Shown: piece after piece, positions 58,513 to 64,000 of the stretch
Position numbering within the stretch: the stretch's first letter is position 1
Layout of the letters: each line of letters begins with the position of its first letter
From: Anthoceros angustus
Lineage: Eukaryota; Plantae; Anthocerotophyta
NCBI GenBank assembly: GCA_010909165.1
Contig: VJWM01000044.1
Location: forward strand, 1,116,001-1,180,000
Direction of reading: 5' to 3'
Length of the DNA stretch: 64,000 nt
The notes under the pieces: generated by a model
What the model was told of the DNA's origin: nothing
What the model saw: only the letters and a program-made list of their open reading frames with translations
Database searches by the model: none
Translations under genes and position numbers: made by a program

Positions 58513-59574
58513 TTGACCCGACTCCTAGAGCGCGCTCGCAGAAGCTAAATCTGTAAGGGTCGTGGATTGCCTGCCACATGAAACCTGCTAAACCTGCCGT
58601 CGGAAAACCATTTAAAGAGCCTACCGGCCGAAACTCAAGAGGTAGGTGTTTACCCAAATACTTTTTTTTTAAAAACCCAAATACACACGTACATAGGTCC
58701 CTCTCCATTTTCCGAATTTCTCGTATAGTCTAGGTGCCTAAGAGGTACCATATAGTCTAGGTCCTCTTTGCATGCCACTTTAGAGCAAGTACATGCGTCA
58801 TCAGTAACTCATGTCTTTCATAAAAAATGCTGCTGCAGCAAACTGCAATCTTGAGTACTAGCAGTGAGATGGAGCAAACGCATGTAGATTATTTTATGAT
58901 CCATTCACATATGTTTTAGGGCTCAGGGGGTGCTTCTATTGTCGAATCAAGATGCTACTAGCAAGAATCTAGACCAAGTCATTTGCATTGCAATTTGCAA
59001 CAATATCAATCAATGTGGAGCTAAATTGCGTGTTAGACGCACATTGGCACAGGCACGAGTTCCTGATGGCGAGCTGGGGAAGGAACCAAGGATAATCTTC
59101 TAGAGGCTCATATCCATGCTGGCTTCTAGGTGATCTATGAGTTGCTTTGAAATAGGCTTTGAAGCCAAGTTCTTCATTATGTGGGTCCCTTACAAGTGCT
59201 GGAGGGTTGGAGTGATTGGGGGAGGATGTAGGAGGAGGATGTAGAGGGAGCGATGGTGACTTGGAGCGATTGTAGAAGGTGCAAGAGGGAGCGGTGGTGG
59301 ATGCGGAGTAGGCAAAGATTTTTATGGTGCCGGAAAGGGAGGATGCCCTTCGCAAGTACATTATATACAGCATAGGACTTGTTAACTCCAGCGGATATGA
59401 GCGATAAGAGATGGTGCTACTCTTTTCTTTATATACGAGTTTGTTGTCTAACTTGTCAAGATACGCTGATCATCATCATCATTATCATGTCTTCCATGCC
59501 GCGTTGTTGGGGGTGGCACGACAGCAGGACCCGGGAGGTCATGGTAGGAAGGCCTTGCGGTGAGCCGACTTCCA

Positions 59575-59930
59575 AGTCTAGGGTTTCACAGGTTTAGGGT
59601 TTTGCGATGGCTGGTCTTCCAGGTCTAGGGTTCTACGATGGCAGCTTTAGGGTTTTAAGGCAGGAGGTGGAGTTTTACAGTGGCGGAGCCCGGCGGTGAG
59701 CCGGCTTCCAGGTTTAGGGTTCCATAGGTTTAGGGTTTTGCAGCGAATGGTCTTCCAGGTTTAGGGTTTCTTTAGGGTTTCTTTAGGGTTCGAGCAAGGG
59801 ATGGAGTTTCGCATTGGCGGAGCCGACTTTTCTTTAGGGTTTCTTTAGGGTTCCATAGGTTTAGGGTTCCATAGGTTTAGGGTTCCATAGGTTTAGGGTT
59901 TCTTTAGGGTTTCTTTAGGGTTTAGGGCTC
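59575..59930 (+). repeat. Interstitial telomere-like array (TTTAGGG in 11-bp TTTAGGGTTTC and 16-bp TTTAGGGTTCCATAGG units)
   Basis: Read directly; an expanded counterpart lies at ~61208-61780. Confidence 0.9.
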
Positions 59931-61207
59931 GGGGTGCGCGATGGGTTGTTAGGTGTTTTGGCGGGCTGTGGCCCCATGGACGGGGGCCTTCAGGCAGGCT
60001 ATTAGGGCTCGCCATACGGAGCATACACTCCTTATATCTGGTAAATGCCGGGGACGCTTTCTCCTTAGCATGCGGTGCCCCCTCGACCCTAACACCCTTG
60101 GGCAGTCATCCACAAGTTGTTCCCTGAATCGTGCCATTCTCGTTTGTTCTTGCCCTCTCTTTATGATACAGTCCACTCCTTCAGTGGCAGTCAAGGACAC
60201 CCCCTGTCCAGTCTGTGCTCAGTTGTGTTGTGGGGTAAAGGGGGTGAAATGTCACATTGGGCACAAATATAAGGACTTCGACCGAACCACCTGGGAGGCT
60301 CAGGTAAGGCTTGCCACTTTTTAAAGTGTGGCTATACATTTGGCTCCGAGTTTGGATGCTCCCTTCGGCCCGCCCCCAGAGTCCTCGCGGTGGTTGCAAA
60401 TGCAATTGGATTATCTACTCACCCTGTTCGAAGCACACTTTCCGGGATCCCACCTTTTTCTACGTTTCCCGAGGCGCCTGCATGACGACGTTCGCCTTGC
60501 ATACCGGCTTCCTCTGGATCGCCTTGCGCTGGACCCAAGAACCTTCTCTTTCTTCCGCTTTGTCCTCTCCAATTTACTCTTCAGGATCCGCCATCTCTAA
60601 CTAGTGTCTTTATCCTCAACAAGTATGTGGTACAAGTGTTAAAGTGATCCCTTTAAAGACTAGCCTCATCCCTTCGATAAGGTGCTTACTCCACTCCGGC
60701 CCACATAAGTACCTAAAGCCACCTAAATGCAGACTACCTTACTTAAGCTTTAGCGGGGGCAAAGATGCGCTTGGAACAGCTCCCGAAGTTGGACAGCAAT
60801 GTTGCGACCTATGAGGCACCCAAACAGTGATTGGGCGCACCCCGGGCATGGGCTTCTCCATAGCCTGTAAACTGTTGGCCCCCAACACTCGAGAGATCCG
60901 GTGAGGAGTCTCACCGCCACCGCTGCCGAATGAAGAGCTCCGCGGAGTAGGCAAAGATTTTTATGGTGCGGGAAAGGAGGAGGATGCCCTTCGCAAGTAC
61001 ATTATATCATAGGACTTGTTAACTCCAAATGGATATGAGCGATAAGAGATGGTGCTACTCTTTTCTTTATATACGAGTTTGTTGTCTAACTTGTCAAGAT
61101 CTGATCATCATCATCATCATTATCATGTCTTCCATGCCGCGTTGTTGGGGTGGCACGACGGACGGGAGGTCATGGTAGGAAGGCCTTGCGGTGAGCCGAC
61201 TTCCAAG

Positions 61208-61780
61208 TCTAGGGTTTCAGGTTTAGGGTTTTGCGATGGTGGTCTTCCAGTCTAGGGTTCTCGATGGCTTTAGGGTTTTAAGGCGGGAGGTGGAGTTTGA
61301 TGGAGCCGGTGAGCCGGCTTCAGTTTAGGGTTCCATAGGTTTAGGGTTTTGCATGAATGGTCTTCAGTTTAGGGTTTCTTTAGGGTTCGAGCAAGGGATG
61401 GAGTTTCGCATTGGCGGAGCCCGACTTTTCTTTAGGGTTCGAGCAAGGGATGGAGTTTCGCATTGGCGGAGCCCGACTTTTCTTTAGGGTTTCTTTAGGG
61501 TTTTGCGATGGTGGTCTTCAGTTTAGGGTTCCATAGGTTTAGGGTTTCTTTAGGGTTCGAGCAAGGGATGGAGTTTCGCATTGGCGGAGCCGGTGAGCCG
61601 GCTTCAGTTTAGGGTTCCATAGGTTTAGGGTTTTGCAGCGAATGGTCTTCCAGGTTTAGGGTTTCTTTAGGGTTCAGGCAAGGGATGGAGTTTCGCATTG
61701 GCGGAGCCCGACTTTTCTTTAGGGTTCGAGCAAGGGATGGAGTTTCGCATTGGCGGAGCCCGACTTTTCTTTAGGGTTTC
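61208..61780 (+). repeat. Expanded telomere-like higher-order array (TTTAGGG units plus repeated ttcgagcaagggatggagtttcgcattggcggagcc module)
   Basis: The module occurs once in unit 1 and about five times here. Confidence 0.88.
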
Positions 61781-62947
61781 TGTTCAGGATTTCGGGAGCG
61801 GGGGTCTGCGCGATGGGTTGTTAGGTGTTTTGGCGGGCTGTGGCCCCATGGACGGGGCCTTGAGCTATTAGGGCTCGCCATACAGACATACACTCCTTAT
61901 ATCCGTAAATGCCGGACGCTTTCTCCTTAGCATGCGGTGCCCTCGACCCTAACACCCTTGGGCGTCATCCACAAGTTGTTCCCGAATCGTGCCATTCTCG
62001 TTGTTCTTGCCTCTCTTTGTAATCTGATCCACTCCTTGATGGCGATCAAGGACACCCCGTCTCGTGCTCAGTTGTGTTGTGGGGTAAAGGGGTGAAATGT
62101 CACATTGGGCACAAATATAAGGACTTGACCGAACCACACAGGAGGCTCGGGTAAGGCTTGCCACTTTTAAAGTGTGGCTATACATTTGGCTCCGAGTTTG
62201 ATGCTCCTTGACCCGCCCCGAGTCCTCGCGGTGGTTGCAAATGCAATTGGATTATCTACTCACCCTGTTCGAAGCACACTTTCCGGGATCCCACCTTTTT
62301 CTACGTTTCCCGAGGCGCCTGCATGACGACGTTCGCCTTGCATACCGGCTTCCTCTGGATCGCCTTGCGCTGGACCCAAGAACCTTCTCTTTCTTCCGCT
62401 TTGTCCTCTCCAATTTACTCTTCAGGATCCGCCATCTCTAACTAGTGTCTTTATCCTCAACAAGTATGTGGTACAAGTGTTAAAGTGATCCCTTTAAAGA
62501 CTAGCCTCATCCCTTCGATAAGCAGGCTTACTCCACTCCGGGCCCACATAAGTACCTAAAGCCACCTAAATGCAGACTACCTTACTTAAGCTTTAGCGGG
62601 GGCAAAGATGCGCTTGGAACAGCTCCCGAAGTTGGACAGCAATGTTGCGACCTATGAGGCACCCAAACAGTGATTGGGCGCACCCCGGGCATGGGCTTCT
62701 CCATAGCCTGTAACCTGTTGGCCCCCAACACTCGAGAGATCCGGTGAGGAGTCTCACCCCTGGCCACTGCCGCCGCCAGAATGAAGAGCTCCGAGAAACC
62801 ACTAGAAGGATCCTCCGAGGCAAAGTAATCCCGAAAGTGATCATAGACTGTCCCAAACATACCACCTGAAGAAAAACCGCAGGGTAGTGGTAAGAGCCCT
62901 ACGGAAGACCGCCTTGTCGAGACAAAAAGGCTCCTCCAATACGTAAT

Positions 62948-63232
62948 CTAGGATATGTTGTGGAATGAGGTCATTTGGGGCCAGATGAAGGGCATGGAGC
63001 GCATAGAGGATATGTTGTGGAATGAGCTCATTTCGGGCCAGATGAAGGGCACAGAGCGCATAGAGGATATGTTGTGAAATGAGGTCATTTCGGGCCAGAT
63101 GAAGGGCACGAAGCGCATAGAGGATATGTTGCGGAATGAGGTCATTCGGGGCCAGATGAAGGGCACGGAGCGCATAGAGGATATGTTGTGGAATGAGGTC
63201 ATTTGGGGCCAGATGAAGGGCACGGAGCGTAG
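62948..63232 (-). repeat. 57-bp in-frame tandem repeat x5 (LRALHLAPNDLIPQHILYA)
   Basis: ggatatgttg at 62951, 63008, 63065, 63122, 63179. Confidence 0.93.
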
Positions 63233-63791
63233 AGCTGGTGTCCTCGGAGGCTGGCGCCACCGGCTCCGGGCGAAGTGCCCAGGCAGCCCTAACATATTCC
63301 TTAGCACGGCCTAGCAAGAGACACCCTTGATCTCGCTGCACGCCTCCCCTCCTCCCCTCCTCCTGCAGAGCTTCCCAATCCTTGGCCCGGAACCGACTGA
63401 GATGAGATGCCACCTCCCTATGGTCGGACAAACCACCCCTAGAGTGACGAAGACACCACCGGGGGAGAGAAAGGAACAGAGTCCAAGCCACTTTGCCTCT
63501 CATGCATGGCTCGTTACTTTTTAGAGCCCTCTTGAGAACTATTTATATTAATTAGCATAGGTGACGCTTGCGAGTAAACTACGGTATGCAAATGATAGAC
63601 GATTGAAATAAAAAACGACCTGAGAAGGCATGGCCCCTCATGCTTCTTGAGTTCAACCTCGTGATTGAGGTTCTAGTCCAAGGATATCCTTAACCCTAGA
63701 AGGACGAACGATTCAATTTTTCGCCCAATGTTTAGGGCCGTAAATTGTTTTCGGGAGGTTTCAAGCCAGGGGACACTTGAGCAAACTAACT

Positions 63792-63832
63792 GAGGGCCTT
63801 AGGGCCTTAGGGCCTTAGGGCCTTAGGGCCTG
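63792..63832 (+). repeat. (TTAGGGCC)n short array
   Basis: agggccttagggccttagggccttagggccttagggcc. Confidence 0.85.
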
Positions 63833-64000
63833 TGGCCGTGTGGACAAAAATCAGTGTCATGGATCCTGTGCTACACGTCGAAACATGGAAAGATGCTTCA
63901 AGATCCGCCTCAACCACTCGGCCTGAGGCCTTGTTCTTGCACACACGATGGTAAAACGCGGGAATTCCGCCTCTCCCAGGATTTTTGTCTTCGGAAAGTG

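Larger units (their letters stand above)
59303..62792. repeat. Head-to-tail segmental duplication (unit 1 59303-60941; unit 2 60942-~62792)
   Basis: Both units start gcggagtaggcaaagatttttatggtgc and end gaatgaagagctcc; collinear throughout. Confidence 0.92.
59500..63500. mobile_element. Rearranged CRE-clade-like (single-ORF, RLE-type) non-LTR retrotransposon remnant
   Basis: + strand: zinc-finger-like CPVCAQLCCGVKGVKCHIGHK and the FPRRLHDDVRLAYRLPLDRLALDP block (60200-60540, 62060-62381). - strand (63500-62590): AWTLFLSLPRWCLR...LRALH...ARGETPHRISRVLGANRLQAMEKPMPGVRPITV / LIGRNIAVQLRELFQAHLCP, i.e. RT domains 1-2 (K...RPI) of CRE-type elements. Truncated before YxDD. Confidence 0.75.

Noticed and set aside
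59575-61780. True chromosome end
   Set aside because: The TTTAGGG units are interrupted, arranged in higher-order repeats, and flanked by further sequence on both sides.

Overview
Eukaryotic, intron-containing nuclear DNA from a compact, gene-dense plant genome. Short (~80-130 nt) GT-AG introns, an axonemal-dynein assembly factor (DNAAF5/HEATR2) and a PAS-containing hybrid histidine kinase point to a non-seed land plant; a hornwort or other bryophyte is plausible (inference). I can support twelve spliced or single-exon protein genes: FANCJ-like helicase (-), an uncharacterised SLiM-rich nuclear protein (+), a 3xPAS hybrid His-kinase (-), a BAT2/PRRC2-N protein (+), an EBS/SHL BAH-PHD protein (+), SWEET (-), MZT1/GIP (+), KAE1/OSGEP (+), an MDR enone/alkenal reductase (-), DNAAF5 (+), DUF952 (+) and RPL34 (-, missed by the ORF track). 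There is also one tRNA-Ala(AGC). Both ends of the window are repeat/TE-rich. The right end holds a CRE-clade-like non-LTR retroelement whose 5' region carries higher-order arrays of the plant telomere motif TTTAGGG. It has been inverted internally and tandemly duplicated, and an older copy of the same family lies at ~54.5 kb. Other highlights: MZT1 and KAE1 lie only 227 bp apart (candidate shared, nested or dicistronic transcript), the FANCJ gene has a probable U12-type intron, and SWEET sits in an AT-rich island. Several homopolymer-associated frame problems suggest residual long-read assembly errors, so exact boundaries need checking.
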